A stretch of DNA of 64,000 bases, taken from the NCBI GenBank assembly GCA_035084275.1, contig CM068769.1, forward strand, positions 682,001 to 746,000. Direction: 5' to 3'. Each line of letters opens with the position of its first letter. Position 1 is the stretch's first letter. The translations under genes and the position numbers were made by a program. The notes beneath the pieces were generated by a model that worked only from the letters and a program-made list of their open reading frames with translations, was not told the origin of the DNA and ran no database searches. Shown in pieces: positions 11,391-24,551 of the stretch. Source of the DNA: Hydrolagus colliei. Its lineage: Eukaryota.

Positions 11391-12682
11391 AACAACAACA
11401 ACAACAACAAATTATATTTATAAAGCGCATTTCACGCCGGGGGGACGTCCCAAGGCGCTGCACAGGAGGCGTGTGATCCGAGCTGGGAGGGGATTGTACG
11501 GGTATGTGTGAAACACGTAGGGGATGTCGAAAACGTCTGGGTGGAACAAAAAGGCACGGTCGAAGAGGAAAGACTTCAAACCGGCCTTGAAAGAGGAAAG
11601 TGAAGAAACGAGACGGAGTGATTGAGGGATGGAATTCCATAAGGTGGGAGCAGAAAAACTGAAGGTCCGGCCTCCGATGGTGGGGCGGTTCGGGCGGGGG
11701 GCTTGGAGCAGGTCAAGCCCTGCTGAACGGAGGGTCCGGGTGGGCTTGTAGGGTGAGAGTAGATTGGTTAAGTAGGGCGGGGCAAGGCAATGTAAGGCAT
11801 TGAAGGTGAGGACGAGGATCTTGAATTCGATCCTCTGAAGGATGGGGAGACAGTGGAGACGGGCGAGGGTGGCGGTTATGTGGTCGCGGCGGCCGGTGCG
11901 GGATAATACATGGGCTGTAGAATTTTGGATGACCTGCAGCCTGTGAATGGAGGAACTGGGGAGGCCGACGAGGAGAGAGCCCTGACGGACGCCGTGAGAA
12001 ACTGTGCGGGGGTTTGAGGAAAAACCATTGGAAGAAAGAAAGTGTAAACGGTGGGTCAAATAAGAATGGTACCAGTCAAGGACTGTGCCTTGAAGGTTGA
12101 GGTGGGAGGAAGGACGTTGGAGGAGGATGGTGTGATCGACTGTGTCGAACGCAGCAGATAGGTCAAGGAGGACGAGGAGGCAAAGGTCACAGGCGGTTAG
12201 GATACCATTTGTAACGTTAACCAGAGCAGTTTATGTGCTGTGAATAGGGCGGAAACCTGATTGCAGGGGTTCAAGGATTGAGTAAGTTGAAAGGAAAGAG
12301 CGGAGCTGGGAGACAAACACTCTTTCAAGGACCTTGGATAAAAACGGGAGGTTGGAGATGGGTCGATAGCTTGATGGATGCGACGCATCAAGGGAGGGTT
12401 TCTTCAGGATAGGGGTGATGGTGGCTGTTTGAAGGGAGGTAGGGACAGTGCCTGAGGAGAGGAAAAGGTTGATGATGTCAGAAATGAACGGGGCCAAAAG
12501 GTGGAGCTGGGTGTGGAGGAGGGGGGTGGGGATAGGTTCCAAAGAGCACGTGGTGGGTTTCATGGAGGTGATTATTTGCGTGATTGAAGACGGGGTAGTG
12601 GGGTAGAAAGTATGAAATGGAGGGTGGGTGGGTGTTGCACGGAGGCAATTCTATACATGTGTGTCCCTCTCGCCGCCATTTT
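11391..12682 (-). mobile_element. Internally deleted L2 LINE (5' tip fused to RT/3' region)
   Basis: Begins AAAATGGCGGCGAGAG like the 24551 copy, then jumps to the RT region (KPSLDASHPSSYRPISNLPFLSKVLE). Ends in a (GTT)n tail at ~11391-11410. Confidence 0.85.
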
Positions 12683-12686
12683 AAAA

Positions 12687-13038
12687 ACACACACACACAG
12701 AGATTGAGAGAGAGACACACACGCACAGAGATTGGGAGAGAGAGAGGCACACACACACACAGACTGGGAGAGAGACACACATGCACACACAGACTGGGAG
12801 ACAGACACACACACACAGAATGGGATAGAGGGACACACACACACAGACTGGGAGAGAGAGACACACACACAGAGAGAGACTGGGAGAGAGAGAGACACAC
12901 ACAGACTGGGGGAGAGAGACACACACACACAGACTGAGAGAGAGAGACGCACTCACACAGAGTAGGAGAGCCTGTGGGAAAGAGAGAGACACACACACAG
13001 AGAGAGACTGGGAGAGAGAGAGCAACACACACACAGTC

Positions 13039-13072
<34 letters not shown>

Positions 13073-16000
13073 TGGGAGAGAGACAAACACACACACAGAT
13101 TGGGAGAGAGACACACACACAGACTGGGAGGGAGAAAGAGACACACACACACAGACTGGCAGAGAGACACACACAGACTGAGAGAGAAAGACACACACAC
13201 ACACATAGAGACTGGGAGAGAGAGACACACACTGACTGGGAGGGAGAAAGAGACACACACACACAGACTGGCAGAGAGACACACACAGACTGAGAGAGAA
13301 AGACACACACACACATAGAGACTGGGAGAGAGAGACACACACTGACTGGGAGAGAGAGACACACGCAGGGAATGGGAGAGAGAGAGCGAGAGACACACAC
13401 ACACAGAGACTGGGAGAGAGCGAGACACGCACACATGCACACACACAGACTGGGAGAGAGAGACACACACACATACTGGGAGAGAAAAAGTGAGACANNN
13501 NNNNNNNNNNNNNNNNNNNNNNNNNNNNNNNNNNNNNNNNNNNNNNNNNNNNNNNNNNNNNNNNNNNNNNNNNNNNNNNNNNNNNNNNNNNNNNNNNNNN
13601 NNNNNNNNNNNNNNNNNNNNNNNNNNNNNNNNNNNNNNNCACACAGAGACTGGGAGAGAGAGACAGATACATACACACACAGATTGGGAGAGAGAGACAC
13701 AAACACACACAGACTGAGAGAGAGACACACACACAGCGACTGGGAGAGAGAGAGNNNNNNNNNNNNNNNNNNNNNNNNNNNNNNNNNNNNNNNNNNNNNN
13801 NNNNNNNNNNNNNNNNNNNNNNNNNNNNNNNNNNNNNNNNNNNNNNNNNNNNNNNNNNNNNNNNNNNNNNNNNNNNNNNNNNNNNNNNNNNNNNNNNNNN
13901 NNNNNNACACACAGAGACTGGGAGAGAGACACACACACAGAGACTGGGAGAGACACACACACACACAGACTGGGAGTGAGATACACACACAGACTGGGAG
14001 AGACTGGGAGAGAGAGAGACACACACACACAGACTGGGATAGAGAGACACACACACGCAGAATGGGAGAGAGACAAACACANNNNNNNNNNNNNNNNNNN
14101 NNNNNNNNNNNNNNNNNNNNNNNNNNNNNNNNNNNNNNNNNNNNNNNNNNNNNNNNNNNNNNNNNNNNNNNNNNNNNNNNNNNNNNNNNNNNNNNNNNNN
14201 NNNNNNNNNNNNNNNNNNNNNNNNNNNNNNNNNNNNNNNNNNNNNNNNNNNNNNNNNNNNNNNNNNNNNNNNCACAGACACACAGACTGTGAGGGAGAGA
14301 GACACACACACAGAGACTGGTAAAGAGAGAGAGAGACACACACACACATAGAATGGGAGAGAGAGACACACACACACACAGACTGAGGGAGAGAGACACC
14401 CACACACACAGACTGGGAGAGAGACACACAGAGACACACAGACTGCGAGACAGAGACACACAGACTGGGAGAGAGAGAGACAGACTGGGAGAGAGAGACA
14501 CACACACACAGACTGGGAGAGAGAGAGAGAGACACACACACACATAGAATGGGAGAGAGAGACACACACACACACAGACTGAGGGAGAGAGACACCCACA
14601 CACACAGACTGGGAGAGAGACACACAGAGACACACAGACTGCGAGACAGAGACACACAGACTGGGAGAGAGAGAGACAGACTGGGAGAGAGAGACACATA
14701 CACACAGACTGGGAGAGAGAGATACACACACACAGACTGGGAGAGATAGACACGCATACACACAGACTGGGAGAGAGAAATACACACACATACACAGACT
14801 GTGAGAGTGAGACACACATATAGACTGGGGGAGAGAGACACACACAGATTGGGAGAGAGAGACACTCACACACAGACTGAGAGAGAGACACACACACACA
14901 CACACAGACTGGGAGAAACTCTGGGAGAAACTCTGGGAGACACACACACACACACACTGACTGGGAGAGAGAGAGGCACACACACACAGACTGAGAGATA
15001 GAGAGAGACACACACACACACACAGACTGGGAGAGAGACACACACACACAGACTGGAAAGGAGAGAGAGAGACACACGCACACAGAGATTGGGAGAGAGA
15101 CACACACATAGAGATTGGGAGAGAGAGACACACACACACAGAGACTGGGAGAGAGAGACACACACACACACACTGGGAGAGAGAGAGACACACACACACT
15201 AACTCTGAGAGAGAGAGAGACATACACACAGACTGAGACACACACACACACACATACACACAGATTGGGAGAGAGAGAGACACACACACAGAGACTGAGA
15301 GAGACACACACATACTGGAAGAGAGAGAGATACGCACACACACATACTGGGAGTGAGAGAGACACACACAGAGATTGGGAGAGAGAGACACACACACACA
15401 CAGAGAGACTGGGAGAGGGAGAGACACACACACACACAGACTGAATTACACACANNNNNNNNNNNNNNNNNNNNNNNNNNNNNNNNNNNNNNNNNNNNNN
15501 NNNNNNNNNNNNNNNNNNNNNNNNNNNNNNNNNNNNNNNNNNNNNNNNNNNNNNNNNNNNNNNNNNNNNNNNNNNNNNNNNNNNNNNNNNNNNNNNNNNN
15601 NNNNNNNNNNNNNNNNNNNNNNNNNNNNNNNNNNNNNNNNNNNNNNNNNGACACACACACAAACACATATAGATTGGGAGAGCGACACACACACAGAGAT
15701 TGGTAGAGAGACACACACACTCACACACATATTGGGAGAGAGAGACACACACACACACACACAGAGACTGGGAGAGAGAGACACACACATACACAGACTG
15801 AGATAAATACATATACACACAGACTGAGAGAGACACACACACATACTGGAAGAGACAGAGATACGCACACACACATACTGGGAGAGAGAGAGAGACACAC
15901 AGAGATTGGGAGAGAGAGACACCCACACACACACAGAGACTAGGAGAGAGAGAGACACACACAAACACACAAAGATTGGGAGAGAGAGAGTCACACACAC

Positions 16001-19000
16001 ACAGATACTGAGAGAGACACACGCACACACAAACTGGGAGAGAGAGACACGCACGCACACACGGAATGGGAGAGAGAGAGACACACACACACACAGAGAG
16101 ACTGGGAGGGAGACACACACACACACGCAGACTGGGGGAGAGAGAGACACACACACACAGAGACTGGGAGAGCGACACACACACAGAGAGATTGGGAGAG
16201 AGAGACACACACACAGATTGGGAGAGAGAGACACACACATACACACAGAGACTGGGTGAGAGAGAGAGATACACAGACAGAGAGAAAGACACATACACAC
16301 AGGCGGAGAGAGAGACACACACATACAGAGACTGAGAGAGAGAGAGTCACACACACACACACACATACTGGAAGAGAGAGAGACACGCACACACACAGAC
16401 TGAGAGACACACGCACACACACACAAAGATTGGGAGAGAGAGAGTCACAAACACACGGATACTGAGAGAGAGAGACACATACACACAGAGACTGGGAGAG
16501 AGAGACACACAAATAAACTGGGAGACACACACACACACGGACTGGGAGAGAGACACACACACAGACTGGGAGAGACTGGGAGAGAGAGAGACACACACAC
16601 ACAGACTGGGAGAGAGACACACACACACAGAGACTGGGAGAGAGAGAGACACACATACACACAGACTGGGAGAGACTGGGAGAGAGAGACACACACACAC
16701 AGACTGGGAGAGAGACACACACACACAGAGACTGATAGAGAGACACACACACACACATACTGGAAGTGAGAGAGAGACACACACACACAGACTGGGAGAG
16801 AGAGACACACACACACACACACACAGAGACTGAGAGACACACACACACAAAGATTGGGAGAGAGAGAGACACACACACACACACAGACTGAGAGACACAC
16901 ACACACAAAGATTGGGAGAGAGAGAGTCACACACACACAGATACTGAGAGAGACACACGCACACACAAACTGTGAGAGAGAGGGACACGCACNNNNNNNN
17001 NNNNNNNNNNNNNNNNNNNNNNNNNNNNNNNNNNNNNNNNNNNNNNNNNNNNNNNNNNNNNNNNNNNNNNNNNNNNNNNNNNNNNNNNNNNNNNNNNNNN
17101 NNNNNNNNNNNNNNNNNNNNNNNNNCACACAGAGAGATTGGGAGAGAGAGAGACACACACACACACACACAGAGAGATTGGGAGAGAGAGACACACACAT
17201 ACACACAGAGACTGGATGAGAGAGAGAGACACACGTACACAGACTGAGAGAAAGACACATACACACAGACTGAGAGAGACACACACACACATACACGCAG
17301 ATTGGGAGAGAGAGACACGCACACACAGAGACTGAGAGAGAGAGACACACACACACAAACATACTGGAAGAGAGAGAGACACGCACACACACAGACTGAG
17401 AGACACACGCACACACACACAAAGATTGGGAGAGAGAGAGTCACACACACACGGATACTGAGAGAGAGAGACACATACACACAGAGACTGGGAGAGAGAG
17501 ACACACACATAAACTGCGAGACACACGCAAACACAGACTGGGAGAGAGACACACACACAGACTGGGAGAGAGAGAGACACACACACACAGACTGGGAGAG
17601 AGACACACACACACACACACAGAGACTGGGAGAGAGAGACACACACACACACAGACTGAGAGAAAGACACATACACACAGACTGAGAGAGACACACACAC
17701 ATACACACAGATTGGGAGAGAGAGACACACACACACACAGAGACTGAGAGAGAGACACACACACACACATACTGGAAGAGATAGAGATACGCACACACAA
17801 ATACTGGGAGAGAGAGACACACACACAGAGATTGGGAGAGAGAGACACCCACACACACAGAGAGACTGGGAGAGAGAGAGAGAGAGACACACACACACAC
17901 AGACTGAGAGACACACACACACACACACACAAAGATTGGGAGAGAGAGAGTCACACACACACACAGATACTGAGAGAGACACACAAATTGGGAGAGAGAG
18001 AGACACGCACGCACACACACACACAGAATGGGAGAGAGAGAGACACAGAATGGGAGAGAGAGAGACACACACACACACACACAGGGAGACTGGGAGATAC
18101 ACACACACACACACAGACTGGGAGAGAGAGACACACACACAAACACATATAGATTGGGAGAGCGACACACACACAGGGAGATTGGGAGAGAGAGACACAC
18201 ACACACAGATTGGGAGAGAGAGACACACGCACACACACACAGACTGGGAGAGAGAGAGACACACATACACAGACTGAGAGAAAGACACATACACACAGAC
18301 TGAGAGAGAGACACACACACATACACACAGATTGGGAGAGAGAGACACACACACACAGAGATTGAGAGAGAGAGAGAGAGACACACACACACACACATAC
18401 TGGAAGAGAGAGAGACACGCACATACACAGACTGGGAGATAGAGAGACACACACAGAGATTGGGAGAGAGAGACATCCACACAGAGAGAGACTGGGAGAG
18501 AGAGACACACACACAAACACACACACAGACAGAGAGAAAGACGCACACACACACACATAGACTGAGAGACACACACACACACACACACACAAAGATTGGG
18601 AGAGAGAGAGTCACACTCACACAGATACTGAGAGAGAGACACACACACACAGAGACTGGGAGAGAGAGAAACACACATAAACTGGGAGACACACACACAC
18701 AGACTGGGAGAGAGACACACACACAGACTGGGAGAGACTGGTAGAGAGAGAGACACACACACACAGACTGGGAGAGAGACACACACACACACATACTGGA
18801 AGAGATAGAGATACGCACACACAAATACTGGGAGAGAGAGACACACACACAGAGATTGGGAGAGAGAGACACCCACACACACAGGGAGACTGGGAGAGAG
18901 AGAGTCACACACACACACAGATACTGAGAGAGACACACACACACACACAAATTGGGAGAGAGAGAGACACGCACGCACACACACACACATAATGGGAGAG

Positions 19001-21450
19001 AGAGAGAGACAGAATGGGAGAGAGAGAGACACACACACACACACACACACGGAGACTGGGAGATATACACACACACACACACAGACTGGGAGAGAGAGAC
19101 ACACACACAAACACATATAGATTGGGAGAGCGACACACACAGGGAGATTGGGAGAGAGAGACACACACACACAGATTGGGAGAGAGAGACACACGCACAC
19201 ACACACAGACTGGGAGAGAGAGAGACACACATACACAGACTGAGAGAAAGACACATACACACAGACTGAGAGAGAGACACACACACATACACACAGATTG
19301 GGAGAGAGAGACACACACACACACAGATTGAGAGAGAGAGAGACACACACACACACACACATACTGGAAGAGAGAGAGAGACACGCACATACACAGACTG
19401 GGAGATAGAGAGACACACACAGAGATTGGGAGAGAGAGACATCCACANNNNNNNNNNNNNNNNNNNNNNNNNNNNNNNNNNNNNNNNNNNNNNNNNNNNN
19501 NNNNNNNNNNNNNNNNNNNNNNNNNNNNNNNNNNNNNNNNNNNNNNNNNNNNNNNNNNNNNNNNNNNNNNNNNNNNNCACACTCACACAGATACTGAGAG
19601 AGAGACACACACACACACAGAGACTGGGAGAGAGAGACACACACATAAACTGGGAGACACACACACACAGACTGGGAGAGAGACACACACACAGACTGGG
19701 AGAGACTGGTAGAGAGAGACACACACACACAGACTGGGAGAGAGACACACAAACACACACAGACTGGGAGAGAGAGAGAGACACACACACACAGAAAGTC
19801 TGGGGGAGAGACACACACACAATTTGGGAGAGAGAGACGCACACTCACACAGAGTGGGAGAGACTGTGGGAAAGAGACAGACATACACACACACACAGAC
19901 TGGGAGAGAGAGAGACACACACACACAGACTGAGAGAGAGAGACACACACACACAGAGAGACTGGGGGAGTGACACACACACACAGATTGGGAGAGAGAC
20001 ACACACAAACACTGGGAGGGAGAGACACACACACAGCGAGACTGGGAGAGAGACGCACACACAGACTGGGAGAGAGAGACACACACACACAGACTGCGAG
20101 GGAGAGACACACACACACGGACTGGGAGAGAGACACACACACACACAGACTGGGAGAGAGAGAGAGACACACACACAGAGATTGGGAGAGACACACACAC
20201 ACAGAGATTGGGAGAGAGAAACACGCACACACAGAGACTGGGAGAGAGAGACACACACACACTCACATACAGACTGAGAGAAAGACACACACACAGACTG
20301 AGAGAGGCACACACACACACAGATTGGGAGAGAGAGAGACACACACACACAGACTGGGAGAGAGAGAGACACACACACACAGACTGGGAGAGAGAGAGAC
20401 ACACACACACTGACTGGGAGAGGGACACACACACAAACTGGGAGAGAGAGAGACACACACACACACAGACTGGGAGAAAGAGACACACAGACTGGGAGAG
20501 AGAGACACACACCGACTGAGAGAGAGCGACACGCACACACACAACAGCAACAACAACAAAACTTACATTTATATAGCGCCTTTCACGTCGAGAGGACGTC
20601 CCAAGGCGATGTACAGTCAGGTAGGACAAGAGAGGTTTGGAAAGGATCAGGGCAGGATGAAGAATAGTAGGAAAAGTAAGACTGGGAGAAAGAGACAAAC
20701 AGACTGGGAGAGAGAGACACACACACACACACAGACTGGGAGAGAGAGAGAGTCACACACACACACACAGATTGGGAGAGAGAGAGACACACACAAACAC
20801 ACACACACAGACTGGGAGAGAGAGAGAGACACACACACACAGACTGGGAGAGAGACACACACACAGACTGGGAGAGAGAGAGACACACACACACACAGAC
20901 TGAGAGAGAGACACACACACACAGACTGAGAGAGACACACACACACAGACTGGGAAGGAGAGAGAAACACAAACACACACACAGACTGGGAGAGCGAGAG
21001 ACACACACAGAGACGGGAAGAGCGACACACACACAGACTGGCAGAGTAAGACACACACACGCAGACTGGGAGAGAGAGACATGCACACACAGACTGGGAG
21101 AGAGAGAGACACACAGACTGACTGAGAGAGCGAGAGAGACACACACACGCAGACTGGGAGAGAGAGACACACACACAGATTGGGAGAGAGACACACACAC
21201 AGACTGGGAGGTAGAGAGAGACACACACACAGACTGGGAGAGAGAGACACACACACACAGACTGGGAGAGAGAGACACACACAGACGAAGAGAAAGACAC
21301 GCACACACACAGACTGGGAGAGAGAGAAACACGCACACACACAGACTGGGAGAGAGAGACACACACACACACACAAACAAACAGAGACTGGCAGGGAGAG
21401 AGACACACACACACACAGAGACTGGGAGAGAGAGAAAGACATGCACACAC
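12687..21450. repeat. Compound micro/minisatellite (AC)n-GACTGGG-(AG)n, ~8.8 kb with internal gaps
   Basis: Variable ~25-40 nt unit. Higher-order repeats of 196 nt (14353/14549) and 966 nt (18176/19142, 18472/19438). The long CVCVSLS/ERDTHT ORFs are artefacts. Confidence 0.97.
20541..20678 (-). mobile_element. SINE/L2-type 3' end inserted in the satellite
   Basis: cgacgtgaaaggcgctatataaat plus (GTT)n tail; matches 50230-50372 and ~29010-29110. Confidence 0.7.
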
Positions 21451-21463
21451 ACGGACTTCTAGT

Positions 21464-24400
21464 ACAACAACAACAAATTACACTTACAAAGCGCCTTTCA
21501 CGTATGGAGGACGTCCCAAGGCGCTGCACAGAAGGCGTGTGTCCCGAGCTTGGAGGGGAGTGTACGGGAAGGGGTGAAACACGTAGGGGAGGGAAGAATT
21601 CTGGTTGGTCCAAAAGGCACAGTCGAAGAAGAAAGTCTTCAAACCGGCCTTGAAAGACGAAAGGGAAGAAACGAGACGGAGGGATTGGGGGATGGAATTC
21701 CGTAGGGTGGGAACAGAACAACTGAAGACCCGGCCTCCAATGGTGGGGCGGTTCGGGCGGGGGGCTTGGAGCAGGCCAAGTCCTGCTGAACGGAGGGTCC
21801 GAGTGGGCTTGTAGGGGGAGAGTAAGCTGGTTAAATAGGGCGGGGCAAGGCCATGTAAGGCCTTGAAGATGAGGACCAGTATCGTGAACTCGATCCTCTG
21901 GAGCTTGTGGAGCCAGTGGAGACGGGCGAGGGTGGGGGTTATGTGGTCGCGGAGGCGGTTGCGGGATAATACAGGGGCGGTTGCGGGATAATACATGTCG
22001 GACAGACATGCTTTCAGAACATGGATGATCTGGTGGTTGAGGGATGAGGCAGACAGGTACAGCTGGGTGTCGTCCGCATACATGTGGAAATTTACCCCAT
22101 GTTTGCGGATGACATCGCAAAGAGGGAGCGTATAAATCGTGAAAAGGAGGGGGCCGAGGACAGAGCCCTGAGGGACGCCGTGAGAAACTGTGCGGGGGTT
22201 TGAGGAAAAGCCATTGGAAGATAGAACGTGTAAACAGTGGGTCAGGTAAGAATGGAACCAATCAACGACTGTACCTTGAATGTTGAGGTGGGAGGAAAGA
22301 CGTTGGAGGACGATGGTGTGATCTACTGTGTCGAACGCAGCAGACAGGTCAAGGGGGACGAGGAGGCAAAGGGAGCCCTGGTCACAGGCGGTTAGGATAT
22401 CATTTATAACGTTAACCAGGGCAGTTTCTGTGCTGTGAATCGGGCGCAACCTGATTGTAGGGGTTCAAGGATTGAGTGAGGTGAAAGGAAAGAGCGGAGC
22501 TGGGAGGCCACCAATCTTTCAAGGACCTTGGATAAAAACGGGAGGTGGGAGATGGTTCGATAGGTTGGTGGTTGCGACGCATCAAGGAAGGGTTTATTCA
22601 GGATAGGGGTGATGGTGGCTGTTTTAAGGGAGGTAGGGGCGGCGCCTGAGGAGAGGAAATGGTTGATGATGTCAGAAATGAACGGTGCCAAAAGGTGGAG
22701 CCGGGTGTGGGGATAGGTTCCAATGAGCATGTGGTGGGTTTCATGGAGGTGATTATTTTTGTGATTGAAGACGTGGTAGTGGGGTTGAAAGTATGAAATG
22801 GGGGGTAGGTGGTTGTGGAGGTAACGGATGGAGGGGCGGAGGTGGAGGAGGGTTGGGGGGAGGAAACAGCGGAGCAGATTTTCTCTATTTTGGACTCGAG
22901 TAAGTCCAACATCTCCTCACAACGTTCGTTTGAGGAGAGGATCTGCGAAGCGAGACGGGGGGGCGGAGGAGCTGGTTGGTGGTGGTGAAGAGGAGACGGT
23001 GGTTGTCCTTCGCTTCCAGGCTTATTCTGGAATAAAAGACTGATTTGGCGGTGGCAAGGGCGGAGCTGTAAAATCTGATGCAGTCCAGCCAGATTTTCCG
23101 GGTGGACCTTGAGGCCAGATTTGAGCCAGGTGCGTTCAGCTGCTCTCACTTGGCTTTTGAGGGAGAGGAGGTGAGTTGTGTACCACGGTGATGATCGGGA
23201 GTGGGAGACGGTTCTGGAGGTGATGGGGGCTTGGGTGTCGAGGGTAGTGGAGAGGGTGTTGTGGAGGGCGGTGGAGGCGGAGGATGGGTCAGTGCAAAAA
23301 GAGTGCCACTGTGGTCGGAGGTTTGGAGCGCAGAGGTGAAAGTTGGAGGGGGAATCTTCTTCCAGGGCCGGCAGAAGATGGTGGTGGGTTTGGAGGTGGA
23401 GGTGGGAGGGGTAGAGGTGTTGAACGAAAGGAAAAAGTTTCTGAAATGGCCTTGTCGGTGATGGTGACGCCAGAGACGTTGAGGCCTCGGGTGATCACCA
23501 GATCGAGTGGATGTCCGTGGGTGTGGGTGACAGTGTTAATGTGAAGGGAGAAGTTGAAAGACGAAATTAAAGAGGAGAATTCAGAGGAAATGGGGCAGGA
23601 GGGAGTGAAATGGAGGTTGACGTCGCCAAGAATGATGAGGCTATCAGAGGAAACGCAAAGTGAGGTTAAAAGTGAAGAGAAATCTGAAATGAAAGTGGGG
23701 GAGGGTTTTGGGGGGGCGATGTACTAATAGGATTTTGAAGGAATTTTGAAGGGGCTGGCGGTGATGGTGGGGGACAGGGCACTTGGGGTGGCTGCTGTTG
23801 GACAGCCAGCGCCGAGTGCCACAGTGAGCCCGACGGAGGATTCCGAAACTGGAACAAAGGGAAGCGGTGGGAGGGTCGAGCAGGGACAGTAGTCGAGGAG
23901 GGCGAAGAGAAAGAAGGGTAGAGAAGGAATAACGGAGAGGGAGGGATTGGGGGGAAAGAATTGAGGAGCGGAGGGAAGCTCGGGTCATGGCGGCAGCTTT
24001 ATTGCGCACGCGGGAGACCACGAGCGAGGGATCGTTGGGGCGGCATCATCCAAATCTATGTGAGGCCGTGACAGGGGGATGCAGAGGCGCTGCGGTCTGG
24101 AGCATGGCCGGGACTAAGGCCGAAGCTGGGGCTGTGGGTTTCAGGGCCGGTTGCCTGGGCTACGTGGGCCCGGGCCATGGGTCGACGGCTCAAGGCTGGA
24201 GCTGGGAACGGGGTAGAGAATCTCGGGGCTGTGTGTCTTGAAGCCGGTCATTGAGCCGGGGATGCGGGTCACGGAGCTGTTGGTCGCGGGGCTGGAGCCG
24301 GTGGCTGTGGGTCCTGGGGCTGTGAGTTCTCGGGGCTGGATTCGTTGCTGTGGGTCCTGGGGATGGGGCTGTGGCTGGGGTCTGGGGCCTGGCCTGTGGG

Positions 24401-24551
24401 TCTCGGGGCTGGAGCCAGGTCGAGCAATCTCTGCTGTGTGCACTTCTTAATCTCATGCTGCACAGAGACATCTGTGAGTCTCGGGGGACAGAAGGGACAC
24501 ATAGAGGACAGCCTAGACATGTCCTCTATGTTTCACTCTCGCCGCCATTTT
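21464..24551 (-). mobile_element. L2 LINE with 5' end, Pro-rich repeat, APE endonuclease and RT regions (degenerate, internal deletions)
   Basis: RT motifs (LDLSAAFDTVDH, GVPQGSVLGPLLF, YADDTQLY). Endonuclease remnants ~23100-23900, GC-rich tandem repeats ~24100-24450, (GTT)n tail. Confidence 0.92.

Noticed and set aside
12687-21450. CRISPR-like repeat-spacer array
   Set aside because: Eukaryotic DNA; the 'spacers' are AC/AG microsatellite, not unique sequence.
12478-21452. Very long ORFs (up to 1213 aa) rich in CVCVSLS or ERDTHT
   Set aside because: Translations of the satellite and N gaps; no coding signal.
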